Source: Felis catus
Taxonomy: Eukaryota
Direction of reading: 5' to 3'
Assembly (NCBI RefSeq): GCF_018350175.1
Contig: NC_058368.1
Span: forward strand, 46,502,001 to 46,566,000
DNA length: 64,000 bases
Shown here: piece after piece, positions 1 through 13,821 of the stretch
Layout: each line of letters begins with the position of its first letter
How positions within the stretch are numbered: the stretch's first letter is position 1
The notes under the pieces: model-generated
What the model was told of the DNA's origin: nothing
What the model saw: only the letters and a program-made list of their open reading frames with translations
Databases searched by the model: none
Program-made: the position numbers and the translations under genes

Positions 1-159
1 CATATGTATTGTGCCATCATCGGTATTTTCCTCTTGGGTAAGGGAAGAGGTAATAGCTATTCTTCTATCAAAAACGGATTTAAAAAGTGACCACCCCAGG
101 AAGCATCACTGAATTATATTGACTGCTGCACTTTTATTTCTGTATTTGTCTTTGCTCTT

Positions 160-510
160 ATTCATTCATTCAACATTTGCTAAAATGTGTGTCCTGGGGA
201 AGGTGCTGGGCAGAGAAAGACAAAAAATAAATAGATAAATAGGCTATTTAAAATGGTGCCTTTAGAGTAGATAGGAAAGACTTCTCTAAGAAAGTGAGGT
301 TTGAATACTAGTATATTAATATATATTCCCAGCTATGGGACTAAAAGAGGAAAGTGTTCCAGCAAATGGATACTTGAATGCAAAGGACTTTACATGGAAC
401 AACGCTGGTCTGATCAGGAAACCAAAGGAAAGCCAGTATGACTAGAATCAGTATGTAGAGGGGAGAAGAGAAAGCGATAAACTCTGAGAGGCTGGCAGTA
501 TAAAAAGTTT
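160..510 (-). mobile_element. L2 LINE 3' fragment (ancient, degraded)
   Basis: Starts with the TTCATTCATTCAACA L2 tail, followed by L2-like 'gacttctctaagaaagtgaggtttgaa' and 'gtgttccagcaaatgga...tgcaaagg'; boundaries approximate. Confidence 0.6.
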
Positions 511-3500
511 GGGTTTCTATTGACCTATCAATAATATTTATTTGTGTGCTCTCTTATTAAGTCTTAAATCTTTTCCTCTGCACAGCACGCTTTTCCATTC
601 TCCAAATATGATATATTCTCTCTCTCAGGCAAAAGACACACCTTGCTGCCCTATTTTCAGCCACAATGTCTAGTTCAAGGCTCAGCTCAAAATCATGTTT
701 AACAAATGTGTTTGACTAAGTAAATTAGAATGTAATATAAATGGAAACCATTCATTTAAAATTCCAAAGCACTCCACAATGTTTAAGTTTTCAGATTCTA
801 TAAAGAATACTATCTGTATTTTAATGAAATATGAATCCTTTGCCTGCTAACTACTCCTTGATGTAAGGATTACAGCACAGCCAAAGGTACATTACACAAA
901 TGTCTATATTTAGTCTTCCTTTGTCAATGCTTTGCTATCCATGTAAAAGATCAAGATCAACATAAAGGTAATAAAGTGATACATAATAGCACACGGTTAT
1001 GTTCTCTGTACTTTACTTATCAGTTCTAAGATGTCTTTATCAAAAGGTTCACTTTCCTTCAGTAGTGAGTTTATATCAGGCTGTTTCCCCCCACCACACC
1101 TGTCAGAATGTTCCTACACCCAGATAAATGTAACTGCTATTAGATACTGAAAGGAAAATGTAAATCTGCTTTATATAATGTATTTCTCTTGATGATCCAC
1201 AGCTACTTCCTGTTATAAATAACTGTACAGTGAATAATAATAGTAACACTGGTTGGAAACACTAAGAAAAAGTAAACTATGGATATTTAAGAAACAAATC
1301 CACCACACACCCTCACATGATGAAAGTAAAACTCGATTTCCAAATTGGCAAGTGATAAAATATGATTTCACTGTACTATAAATGTTCGGATACTAGGCCT
1401 GGTGCCCTTGTAATACATTTGCCTAATACCACAGTAAATTCTTTCATTGTTTTTCCCCAACTAGGATGACAACCATCTAACCTACATAATATTAAGCAGA
1501 CATTTAGTTCCACTGATGTGAACAGCCAAGAGATTAATGCTGACAGAGCTAAATTACACAAGAGTCAAAAAGTGTGATCCAACAATACAATTATAATTAT
1601 CACTAGGGGAGGTAAAAGATGAACATATTTTCATCTACGAAGGGCTCTGTATTAAAGGGCCAAACACTTAAATGCCACTTACACTCATTTGGTAACTAGG
1701 GGTATTCCAAATTCTATAATTGTATGACTTTGCATACATTAAAAGCAGCTTGGTATTAAAGGCTTCTTATATCAATTTTACAATTAAGGGTCAATCTCTA
1801 CTTTTCATTTTCAACCACTATTTCAAAGGAACCAAAGTAATGACCAGAGTCATATGAAGATTAAAAAAGAACTACTTACTTTCTCCCAATTTTGTTTCAC
1901 TAAACCTGCAGTGCAATCAATAATTTTTAACTTAGATTGCTATTTTGTGATATCTAAAAATAAGTCAGAAATTCTGACAAATTTTTCTTCTTTAATTTTT
2001 TTATAAAAAATACATAATATCTCCTTTAAGATTTTAGATTAAAGTTCTTAACAGTATATCAAAGCATTTTACTTATTGATGAGTATAACATAGACACTTA
2101 AGGTTATGAATATATACCTGAATGCTTTATAATCCTTTACAGCAGTGTATGTATTATAGCAATATTTATTATAGGGATAAAATTAGAAAATAAGCTCTTA
2201 AGCAATTATAAGCCTATACCTTTATTTTTACTCTAGTATATAAATCATTATTCTGAATAATTTCTATATTAGAAAGACTATTCCTTAGCAGTATGCAACC
2301 AACATGTGCCATTTTCTATAAGTGAGTTTCTATATTACATATTTTTATACATAGGGAACACAATTGGGATGAAATTGAGGAAACTATCTTCCTTTCAGCT
2401 TTTCTTAGTGACATGGTAGATGATATTACAAAGTTCAATACTTTTTGTTTTGTCTTCATCACGCTACATTCCTCCACCTTGAAGCTTGTTGAACCTGCTA
2501 ATGAATGCAGACTTCCTATGGGGTTTTACATCTTTGGATAGAGAGATAAGATTGCTTGTTTCTTTATTTAAAAAAAAAAATAATTCATGAAACTCTATTC
2601 CCTTTTAATAACTACGAGATGGAATCCTTTATATGTAAAATTCCAATGGTTTCCCCATTGCAGCCTCTTGTGTCTAAATCATACTAAGCATCAAAGAAAT
2701 CCTTTATTTAATAGTTTTCTTGATAGGAAATGGGTTGGAAGGGGCATATTCCTAGAAAAGTATCACTGTAAGAAGCATGGCTTATATCAATGTAAATATT
2801 TTCATTCATTTAAAATGATCCCCAAAACAAAGACACATCATTTTCTCATTTATCATTTCACCTTCCTAGAAACAGCAGTTGTAAAAACGTTGATGGAGAC
2901 TTGAAACTCCAGTCCTACAATATCATTCAGTTTCACAAGATAAGGAAAGAGGTTTGGATTTTGAGTTAGGGGCTACACATTTCAGGGTTTGCTTGTTGGT
3001 GTGATCTGAAAGTTTCTGGCCTCAGTGCTTGCATCTATACAATGGATTTAAATATATTAGTTCCTGGTGTTCTCCAAGTGAGTAGTACGAATTTGAGGGT
3101 ATGGGCAGCAAAGAGTAGGAGGGTTCTGATCACCCTTCCCTCAATGCTTGGGTGCTGAGCTAGAGACAGAATAACTGCTATTTGGAGATTTTGTGAAGGA
3201 GTGACAGTACTGTCTAAATGCTTCCGTAAATGGGAAAAGCTGAGAGCTCCCAGCTTTGTTTTAAACTTTTCCCACAGATTAGGGCATCAAAATCAGAGAA
3301 CAGCCACACATTTATCTACCTTAAATAAAACGAAAGCTACTCAGATGTCTTAGTAAACTTGGTACCCCGAATATTGCTGTCATGCTTTAAGACAGAATTT
3401 CAGACAGCACAGATAAATAGGTATCTGAGCAGTAATGTTGAGAAGCTCTTTTGATGTTGACTTGCATTTGACACAGTAACTAAACTTGTAATCATTACTG

Positions 3501-5659
3501 AACAGAAGATTCCAATATTGATAGTTCTTTTTCACATATGGCATATAGATTTTGTTTTTAAGCAAGGTGTGTTTGTTTAAATTTATTTGGTAACCCCACA
3601 CCAGTCCTCCCTGTTATGTCACAATTTAAACGACAGATTTCTATTTTGAATTTTTTGTTTTCACTTTCCTTTCAGAATGTTTTGATGGGCAGGAACAATT
3701 CTTACATTCAAGTGAAGAGTCCTTTTGGCATTAAAAAAATATTTTGCATGCATTCACTCAGAAATAAAAATCCCTATCTAATGAGAACTACTTCAAATAT
3801 CTTAATTTTCCATAGTAAAGGCAGCAAATATAGAAAGATTTGTAGCCTCAAAAAATTCTAAGGGGTTTATGATTGTATTTATCCTGTTTAGCTCAAATGA
3901 AAAGTAATTTGAAAGCCTTCCCCCCAAAAATGATTCAAGTTTTCTAGACTTGGACAACTCCACCTGGTGATCCTCAATGAGGCAAACTTTTTGTTAAATG
4001 GTCTTTTCATGTATGGACCAATGTAATTACTTTTACAATGATTAAAATTAGTATATTAAATGCATACCAATTTAAATCCCAAATTACTCCCACTGACCAA
4101 CACAAAAGCTTGAAATCATCAAAATTTAAATAAAACCTGCTTGGTCACTTGCTGTTCAAAATAAGTTGGGAGCACATTTGAAATGCTGCACACACACCAT
4201 ATATTTCCTTTCCTAATTTTTTTCTTATTTTCCTAAGTAAACAATTATTTCAAAGTCTGTTGAATAGACTATTAATTACTGATATCTAATAATATATGGA
4301 AAATTTTTCTTTGTTTTAATAACAAATGAAACAAATTAACTACATTATGCCTGGAGTTTTAAACACAGAAAAAAATGTGAAAGAATTTGTAACTAAAATT
4401 CTACATGATTTATGGCCATTTTAATTTTTAAAAGAAAGTCTCAATTAGCTCCAATAAAGACCATATTAGAGGAATAAAAATCTTCATATGTTTGACAGTT
4501 TCAAACATTCGTCTTACAATTTTTTCTTCATCCATGAATCTTTATGTTACAATAAAGGTCAACCGAAACTAACTATAACTTCTGGATTAACAAAGGAACA
4601 ATTCTCTCCAACAATTCCACCTGTAAATGGAGAACCTCTAGCAGGGGCTGTTACAACTGGCCAAGAACGCCAGGAGTGACCAAAACATATGCAGTCTATG
4701 TGTCCTATAAAAAGTATTTAAAAACAAAAATTTTGAAAATAACTCTGTGATGATTCGGAAATGAAATCAGTATAACAAAAAGGACTTGAACATTTTCCAG
4801 CAAAATCATAATACAAGGATTATCTCTGAAAACCATGTTTATACAAAGGCATCTTCATTGCTACAGCTGTAACTGTTTTGAGCAACGTAGCCTTTAAGAA
4901 AATGAAGCCAGATTCAGCTGAGTTTCAAAAAAAAGATGAAAAAGAAAGAAAATAAATATGAATTGACTTGAATATGAAATTCTAACTTTAAAACTCATCT
5001 TAGGAACCCTAATTTGATTGAAGCGTGCATTGGCCCCTTCTCTGATTCCACTCTATTATTTTACTTCTAATATTTAAAGAAAAATACCTTTGTACCTTTG
5101 GCACATTCACAGAATAGTTGATCAAACTGCATAAATATAAACTATATAATGTAGTTAGAAACAGATGGAAATAAAAACTAAACATACAAATTCAGTACAT
5201 TGTGACAATTTGCAACTCTATTGGCTTTAAAGTACATACGATACAACATTATAGCAAAGTTGAAGTCAGTTAAATCTTGATGTTTTCTAAAATGTTTTTA
5301 AATATTTATTTTCTCCAGAAGTATTGTGACCTCTTATTTGCACATATAAATTTGACTTTGGTCAGTGAATGTTCTTTGTATAAATTGGCTAAGATAGAAT
5401 TGATATTATCTATTAGAGAAATGAGCTCCTTAATTTATCACAATATTTAAGATGGCAATGGTCATTGAGATAAAGCAAAAATGTAGGACATTTTGCTTGG
5501 ATATTGTTCTGAAAATAAATAGTATAAATTTAAAAATCGTTAAAGGAGACCTAAAGAAAGCATGTTTATGCATGATGGGTTTTTAGAAAGTTTTATGATC
5601 TCTAACAGTTGTATTACATGTTTTTGTTCTGTTTTATATAGATATACTTTGTTCCACTA

Positions 5660-5832
5660 GGTATTTGCAAATATGGGTTATATTAGAGTGGTTTATCTTT
5701 TTGGATAATGAATTTCTTTGAGAACCTGTTGAAGGTTATATACCCTTCTAGTCAGTAAACATATGGTCATATGCCCAAAATTGGGCATGCAATGTCAAAG
5801 GGCTTCCAAGATACCCACACCCCAGAACCCCA
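5660..5832. mobile_element. hAT-Charlie-type MITE remnant
   Basis: 'ctttgagaacctgttgaaggttat...cccagaacccc' resembles recalled hAT-Charlie MER elements; subfamily not assigned. Confidence 0.4.
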
Positions 5833-5936
5833 GCTAGTCCAGGACTCTGCCATGTTTATGCCTCTATTCTACTTAGTGCATAACACACCCGCATACCTAC
5901 ACCACCTTAGGTGAATAAACTGTGTTTTCTCCCAGC

Positions 5937-6192
5937 TTTATTGACATATAATGTTATATAAATTTGATGGGTACAACTTAATTGGACATACATATATATT
6001 GTAAAATTATTATCATAATAAGGTTAATACATCCATCATCTCACATAGTTACCTCTGTGTGTGTAGGGGGGGTGGAAACTTAGGACCTACCTCTTAGCAA
6101 TTTTCAAGCATGGAATACGGTATTGTTAACTACGGTCACTATGCAGCACATTAGATCACCAGAATTTATTCATTTTATAACTGACAGTTTAA
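5937..6192 (-). mobile_element. L1MA-type LINE-1 3' end fragment
   Basis: 'tttattgacatataat...catccatcatctcacatagttacc...cttagcaattttcaag...gtattgttaactacggtcactatgcagcacattagatcaccagaa' matches the reverse-complement L1MA 3' UTR pattern. Confidence 0.8.
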
Positions 6193-6202
6193 TAAACTAC
6201 AC

Positions 6203-6424
6203 TTTGTTTCTGTTTTTGTTTTAGAGAGAGAGAGAGAGAGAGAGAGCACAGGCATGCGGGCACAAGGGCAGAGGGAGAAAGAGTGAAAGAGACAGAATCT
6301 TAAGCAGGCTCCATGCTCAGTGCAGAGTCTGACACGGGGCTCCAAGCCACCACCCAGGCTGGGATCATGATCTGAGCCGAAATCAAGAGTCCCACACTCC
6401 ACCAACTGAGCCACCCAGGTGCCC
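6203..6424 (-). mobile_element. CanSINE (tRNA-derived carnivore SINE)
   Basis: T-rich tail, (AG)n linker, ends 'aactgagccacccaggtgccc' (reverse complement of the GGGCACCTGGGTGGCTCAG head). Confidence 0.95.
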
Positions 6425-7189
6425 TTGCAATTTAAATCTATGCAAGTTTATCTCACTTAGAGAAAAATGTGCATTTTTTTTCAAATTATATTCACATAGA
6501 TGCTTGTTGTATTACCGAGATAAAACTCAGAATACTACGTTGATAGCTAAGAATTAAAAAAGCTGATCTAGTTGGAACAAATGAAGTACTAAAATGTAGG
6601 CTTAGTGGGATTTAACAAAATATTTTAAATGGAAGAAATGAAGGTCTGGATTCTGAGGACCAAATCATATGTGAATTTGAATCCAACTAAATGAAAACTT
6701 TCTAATTCTAAATGTAGATGTCTAACAGAAAAGTGAAATGGTATTTGTCATTAAATCTATAGTCAATGAAAAACTTTTATTTACATCCAAGGTATTAAAG
6801 TGAATTAAGGAAGTAACTATTGCACAGGAGTATACATCATTTAGGCCTAATTTTAGTATGCAATTCTCCTTATTAAATATCATGTATGAAATAGTCTGAT
6901 TTATCATCTTATCCCATTAGATATTGTCTAGAGAGGCATTTTTTTTTAAACAAATGGTTAGGAAGACTTTATTTTAGTCAAATTAGATTTGATACTTTAA
7001 ATGTTTATCTATCTAATATGATCTTTTATTAAACAACTCTTCAGCTCTAGTGTATTTTTTGGTAAAGTTTTAATAACTTTCCTGTAATTAAAAATAGCAT
7101 ATGATATCAGAGACCAGCAGTAATTAAAAGTAATCAAATTTAGTGAAATGTGTACAAAATAAAGAGATCTGTACATATTTGGTTAAGGA

Positions 7190-7700
7190 GCTCTCAACTG
7201 ATCTGCTTTTTATGTAAAATGAAACAATGCTTATTATTAAAATAATAGGCTAAGTTCTTTGCCTTGTTTTCTGCTTTTGTAAAATGTATTGCTCGAGAAA
7301 CAAGTCTTCAAAAAACAAGGCCTAAAAAAATCTACTACTCAGGGTGCCTTTGAGGATATTTAATTAAAATCTAATCCTGCATTCATTAAGGCTCACATAA
7401 ATTAAGCTGTCATTCATAAGATTTATGGATTCTCATTTGCATATTGCATACAATTCATCAATTACTCAAGTATGAAAGGAGCACATTTCCCTTGGAGCTG
7501 CCTGCTACCCTGCCAACATTTGAAATGAGGGAAAGAGCAGGACTGTCAGGCATTCACACAAACTTTCTTCCAAATGTCTGCTCCTTGATTAATCTAATTT
7601 TCTAGATATTCCCTACAAGATACACCAACAGCCCTGGTGCATATTTCTATTATTTCTCCTGTCTTCATCACCAAAATCTTCTAGTCTTTGAATACTTCTT
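7190..7700. promoter_or_regulatory. Putative conserved non-coding element / developmental enhancer
   Basis: Repeat-free. Motifs: CCTTTGA (7347), TTAATTAA (7360), TAATCC (7372), CTGTCA (7407, 7543), GATTTATGG (7420), ATTTGCAT (7435), paired-like ACTCAAGTATGAAA (7464). Conservation inferred, not shown. Confidence 0.6.
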
Positions 7701-10228
7701 CATGTCTCAGTGATTATTATTTGTTTGCTAACAATATAGCATTGATGATTTCTTTTCATCAAAATGTGTTTGATGCACACAAGCAAATACAAAGAAGTAA
7801 GCTCTATGTTCGTTGATTTTTAACATTAATACTTTGTTATCGATGATTGGTTTATATTATGTGTAATAAAAAGTTGAAAATGAGGAAATGCAGGGGCGAG
7901 AGAATATTACTCTGGAACGTAGCTAGTATAAAACCTTAGGTTTTTAGAGAATTTAATTTAGCATTTCAGAAGACTCTAAAACAAAGCCACATAGTAAATC
8001 ATTGATTCTATAGAATTCACTCAATCAGCTGTAGTTATATGCTACCGCACTTTTCACACGTCTAAGCAAAGTAGTAACCCAGATTAGTTTGTTTTCATTG
8101 TGCATAAAGCATACTGTGTTAATTCACTTGTCTTCTCTGGGGAGTAGATCTTAATTTCAGTGGCACAACTTGGAAGTAACAGTCCCTTCCAGACCATACT
8201 CTGGAAATCTTCCAACAGGCATGTGATCAGGTGTGGAATTTAATGCAAAACAGTCCTCATGTCCAGCACTTCTACAATTAAAATATATGAATGTATCAGC
8301 CCTCTCAAAAATTACTTCTCCTGAAAACATACTGTCTCTTTTATGTCAATTAAATGGGGAAAAAATAGGAAGAAGTGCCTTTCATAAACATTAATTTTCC
8401 ATGGAATACATCTACTCCAGTACAATTCAATTTCAACATTTAGAAAATTTTATTTGGTACCAGGGTGGACCTTATCCTACTGTGTAAATACCTGACAAAA
8501 CTATGATCATATCTATTTGTAAATGCTTACCTATTTAGAACCCAAAATTAGAATTCCCCAAATTAAAACCTAAACATCTCAGGTTAAGTGTTAAATTAGG
8601 AGAGCCACCTTTAGGTTGATGTTGTTAGCAAGGAGTCTAAGGAAATGAGTAAACGACTCTAAGGACTATACCAACATAATCATCATTATTTTCACTTACA
8701 AAAACTGTGTTTCAAAAGAAAAAAAAAAGGTACTCAGCACTAAAAATAATTGTCACTAACCCCTTACAAATCCATTTAACATGGGAGAAATAAACGCCTT
8801 TATAAATTTAATCAGAAAGATGAAATCATTAGCATGCTCAATTTATAAAGTGACTTTCACAACTGAAAGCAAACAACAGACCAGCTCATGCTTTGTATTC
8901 ATTCAAGTTGGATGGTTCATCGTAATTCTCAGAGATCTGTGCCCGAGACACTCCTAGAGCACTGTCTGTCTTTTAACTCTTGCATTCTCTACATTTCAGT
9001 TTTCTCAGCATGAGCTGTCTGCTTTATTCCACCCAAGTAATGTGTAATAGAAAAAGAATTGTTCTAGTCTCTAATAATAAAGCTTATTTTATTTCTTCAA
9101 TACAAACCACCTGTTCGGGTTTTGTTTTGTTACTGAGGGTTTTTTTTCAACTATGTAAATTAAATATGATAATTAGCAACCTTACTCAATGTAGCGGAAA
9201 GTGAATGAAAATCATATGGAAGGCTTTATTTTCTTTATTTAGTCTTTCCTATAATTCACCTCAGATCGATAAAGGACTTCCAAGTAAAAGAATACAGAAA
9301 AGTCTAAGAGTAATGGACAAGAAGGGGCAGATTTACCAGATCACCTAGGGCACTTCACTTAAGTTGGAGATTCTGCATTAAACATTTGTAGAGATGAAGT
9401 GAAATGGTTTCATGTCCCAGAGTGCAAATTTGGTTAGAATAAATTATTCCCAAAATGAACGCGCTTTCTTTTTCATACCCCTGTTTTGATTAATTATCAG
9501 GTCTAAACTGGCATTTCTTAACCAAACTCCACATTCTAGGCCACACATATGACAGAAAATACTGACAGATTAGAATGTCAAGAGGAACAGAAAAAATCTA
9601 GGTTGCGTAAAATTTCATTTCAAGCATGTAATTTTAGAAGATAATTATTTCAAAAGCCACACACAATAATGATTAAATAAGAAGACAGTCCTCCTCTTTA
9701 GGAAAATTAAATGTATTTTCAGGAAGGAAAGCATCAACATGGCAATGACCTTGACAAGAATCTTAGGTGACGATGGTCCATCACTTGTGATCAGGATTGA
9801 TATCCATCAAATGAAGCCATCACAAAATTATTCCCATGCCAGCACACTGCTATTTGTGTTACATCACTTAATATTATTTAAATATTACTCAGGGCTTATG
9901 GAATCTATGCAAAACAATAGCAAGGCACAATGAGGGACATGGGGACAACAGAATGAAACTTTAGCACCAGTTGACAATAAAATAGGAACGTGCAAAGTCA
10001 ATAGTGTATTTCCATAAGATGATGAGGTTTTCAGTCACACTAGAAGAAGAACATTAGGTAATCAGTAATTCAACATACAACAAAATTATAAAACTTCCTA
10101 AAATTGTTTACAACGCTTAAAGCATGTTAAACCTGATGGGTATCTGAGTTCCAGAAACGTACACTCCTAATTCCACCTCATGTAAAACTGCTCTCGTTTA
10201 TTAGTGAATCCTAAATATAAGAATGCAG

Positions 10229-10458
10229 GGGGCACCTGGGTGGCTCAGTCAGTTTAGTTATCTTACTTCGGCTCTGGTAATGATCTCGCAGTTCGTGAGT
10301 TCAAGACCCGCATCGGGCTCTGTGCCCACAGCTCAGAGCCTGGAGCCTGTTTTGGATTCTGTGTCTCCCTCTCTCTCTGCTCCTCCCCTGTTCATGCTTT
10401 CTCTCTCTCTCTCTTTCTCTCTCTCTCTCAAGAATAAATAAACATAAACAAAATTTCA
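10229..10458 (+). mobile_element. CanSINE
   Basis: GGGGCACCTGGGTGGCTCAG head, (CT)n, AATAAA/A tail; AAGAATGC repeated at 10219 and 10459 (TSD). Confidence 0.95.
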
Positions 10459-10963
10459 AAGAATGCGGAATAAACATTTTATTGCTGGTCCTCTCAAAAA
10501 TCATCTTACCAAATTATTCTGGATATGTGTATTATTTCTATAAAAGAATGTATAAGATCAAAGACATTTCATCATGATACAGTGAGTGTTGATCAGCTTT
10601 ACTAATTTTATAACAAGAAAAATAAAGAACCAAAAGGACAGAATTGTTCCAAAGGAGGGCAAAGGTCATTACGTGGGGTTATTAGCCTAGTGCATTCTGT
10701 ACAAACCTGTACTTCAAGAAAAATCAAGTATTTAAACTATATATTTCTTTTTCATAGGTTAAAATCTAAGTACATAAAAGCAATAAAACAATAAATATTT
10801 GTGTAAAATATATGTTCTTAATCACGTGAAGAACAAGTCCTCTAATTTCAAATTAGCATAGCCCTATTATGTGCATGCAAAGCAAAAAAAAAATCCATTC
10901 AGTCAAGAGATGTTTACTTTTCTTGCACAATGTTGTCTAAATCACATTTGTTCCTCTATGTAT

Positions 10964-10967
<4 letters not shown>

Positions 10968-11041
<74 letters not shown>
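10968..11041. repeat. Compound microsatellite (TG)17(TA)20
   Basis: Read directly. Confidence 0.97.
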
Positions 11042-11043
<2 letters not shown>

Positions 11044-11803
11044 GCATCTATATGTATGTATGTATGTAAGGGTATCATAGAATAACCATCTTAGCTCATT
11101 GTTATGGTTGTAACTTTAACATCCAAATAATAGCCTCCGGTATCATAAACACTTGGGTTTAAAATATTGGGAAGTTATGAGAATAGATGCTCAATCCAAC
11201 TGGATGCCCTTCTCTATGAAACTTAGTCCTGAATTCTCCCAAATTACATCTCTATACAAAGAAAAATATATGGCTTACATTTTTCAGAAGTTACTGTAAA
11301 GATCAAATAGAATAATTAATCTTAGCTCCTATAATTCCAAGGGGTCTTCTGAGATAATTTCATTACTATTTCCCTTTTTCATGCTGCCTCCCTGAACTGT
11401 TAACTCATAATTAAGCATGTAGTCAACTACAATCTCCAAATAATTTTCACACATAACATTGCTAAATAAATAATTTTCAACTCTTTCAATGCAGGGTCTA
11501 ACATGTACCTCTATGAAATGTCTGTGACCTATATTTGATCTATATTCCAGCCTGCCAAGATTTTGGTGATCTTAATTCCATGAGTATCTACAGCTACTTA
11601 CTGTAGATACAGTATTGAAAGTATCTACCACCTTTTTCCCTCTACCTTCAATTTTTCATGAAATCTATCATCTCCACTTCAAAGGGTCTATCAAACCTAT
11701 CCCTCCCATTCATTACCTCTTCCATTGCCCTAGTTCAACCTTTAGTTTAATTACCTCTCTTCTTCACTTAAAAAGCCATCATTTGGGTCCCTATTCCCTA
11801 GAG

Positions 11804-12025
11804 CAGAGGTCAAATTACAGTCTACAGGCCAAATATTACCTCCCTGTTTTGGTAAATACAGTTTTATTGGAAGGGAGCCATACTCATTTGTTTACGTATT
11901 GTCTCTGGCTGTTTTCACACTACAACGACAAAGCTGCATAGTTGTGACCAAGACCATATGGCACACAAGGTCTATAATACCTATTTACCATCTAGGCCTC
12001 TACAGAAGCAGTCTACCAACCACTC
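11804..12025 (+). mobile_element. MER58A (hAT-Charlie MITE), inside a degraded L2-like region
   Basis: 'ctgttttggtaaatacagttttattggaa...catttgtttacgtattgtctctggctg...ctacaacgacaaag' matches the recalled MER58A consensus. Confidence 0.85.
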
Positions 12026-13821
12026 CTCTATTAGATATCTCCAAATCCCTTAGCATGCACTAGAATATCTTTATGGTCTGACCCCAAACTCCCATTCTAT
12101 CATCTTCTCTTATCAATGTGTTCTCCTTGTTCCCACCTCCTATATATTTACTCTTATATCATTTCCTCTAACTGGAACTCCTCCCCCAATATCACTTCCA
12201 GAATAAATTTTAAACATATAGCAAGGTCCTCTAAAAAGAAATGATGTTCAGAAATAGTCAGGGAAAGAATGATACACCATATGTGTCTAAGTTTTATTTT
12301 GCTTTAAATGGTTACTCTTATTTGATATGTTTATTCTTTAGATCCCCTGTGATAACTTTAACACCGCACTGGTACATATCAGGAGCTGGTGAAACTATTT
12401 TTTCACCAGCAAGTGATTTGGACAGAACTAGGCAGCAAGAGTTTTTTAAACATATAAATAAAGCCAAGTGGTAAGAGTGTCCCAATTACTTCCTAGGAGT
12501 AAGCTAGTCACTTTGAGGTTTTTAATAATAGGATGGCATTTTCTTAATGACAGCATTTTACAAAATTATACCTTTGTCATCATAAAGAATCCATATTCTT
12601 CTCTTAAAATGAATGTTTATATATAATCCATGTCCATAAAATTCTTTCCTATAAGTCAAACAGAACACACCTATTAAAATTTGTTTTAAAAAATTAACTC
12701 TTTTGAATATCTATCCCTTTGTACCTGTCAAAGGTATTGCTCAGTTGGGACCCCATGGCCTGAAAGAGTTAATGTTCTGACTCACCAATCAGTTCCTTTA
12801 TCCTTTAAGTAATCTAGACTCTGAAGAAAATAAGTCCCACTATTTTTACTTCCCATGAAGGAATCCATCTCAAAAATGTACATTCTGTTATAACAAATCT
12901 TTTTTTATATATAACACAACAAAGTCAAAGTTTGCTTTAGATAGAGACAAGGATTTAGCCACATTGCGCCTTACAGTAAGATTAAAGACATCCTGTATAC
13001 CATTTTTGGCAGCTGTAAATGATTGTTGCTCATTTCATATCTCACTTTTTATTAAAAGGCCATATAAAATGCTTTAAAAATCTATCTTTGTGGTACTAGC
13101 CACCAGAAAGCACTCAGCTGCATCAACAGCAGTAAGTACAATGTCAGTAGAGTCATAGAAGTTTGCATGTATTTTCTAGACATCCAGCTCAAGCATCTTT
13201 GTGAATAGCTGTGGCTGTCTCCAATAACCAAATAATGATAATTATTGAAATAAAACCTACAGGAAGAGGAAATTATTGCCGAGGCTTTTGTGACTTGCCT
13301 TAAAAGAATAAATAATCTCTATGTCCAATGACACCAAACTTCGTTGAGTGTTCACTGAGTATGTGGTAGTATACCCCCTCAAAAGTACAAAAGTATAATG
13401 ATAAAGGCCTTGAACACAGAGGCATTTTTATGGATGGAGTCGGAAAGACACATGGAAAAGTCTCGTAAGTTTAAGAAAAAAAAATTGATCACATTTAAGC
13501 AAATATAATGAGGGATTATAGATTGAAAACTCAGGTGAGCATAGAACCTGATGATAGCAAAACAAACAAACAAACAAACAATCAAAACAAGTGGAACATG
13601 GTCTGGTACATTTGAGAGGGTTAGAGAATAAGAACATTAAGAACATTTTACTACATTCAAAGTGCATTGCTACTTCTATGAAATATGGAGTCAAATGAAT
13701 ATGAATGCTTACTCTTTTTTCAATAGTTAACCTAGACATATACATAGAATAGACAATCTTAACAATAGGATTGTATCAGTGACAGTATGTTTTCTTAATA
13801 GATCTGATGTGCATGAGTACC

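Noticed and set aside
1880..1905. 26-nt - strand segment flanked by CAG and GTAAGT
   Set aside because: Weak polypyrimidine tract, frameshifting length, no other support
8798..8850. 11-bp inverted repeat CTTTATAAATT / AATTTATAAAG
   Set aside because: Short and very AT-rich; plausible by chance
10229..10320. tRNA-like A and B boxes
   Set aside because: tRNA-derived SINE heads, not tRNA genes; no complete cloverleaf
11615..11941. 108-aa ORF
   Set aside because: Runs through L2-like and MER58A sequence
12975..13256. Strong - strand acceptor TTTCCTCTTCCTGTAG at 13257
   Set aside because: No convincing nearby donor and no recognisable peptide
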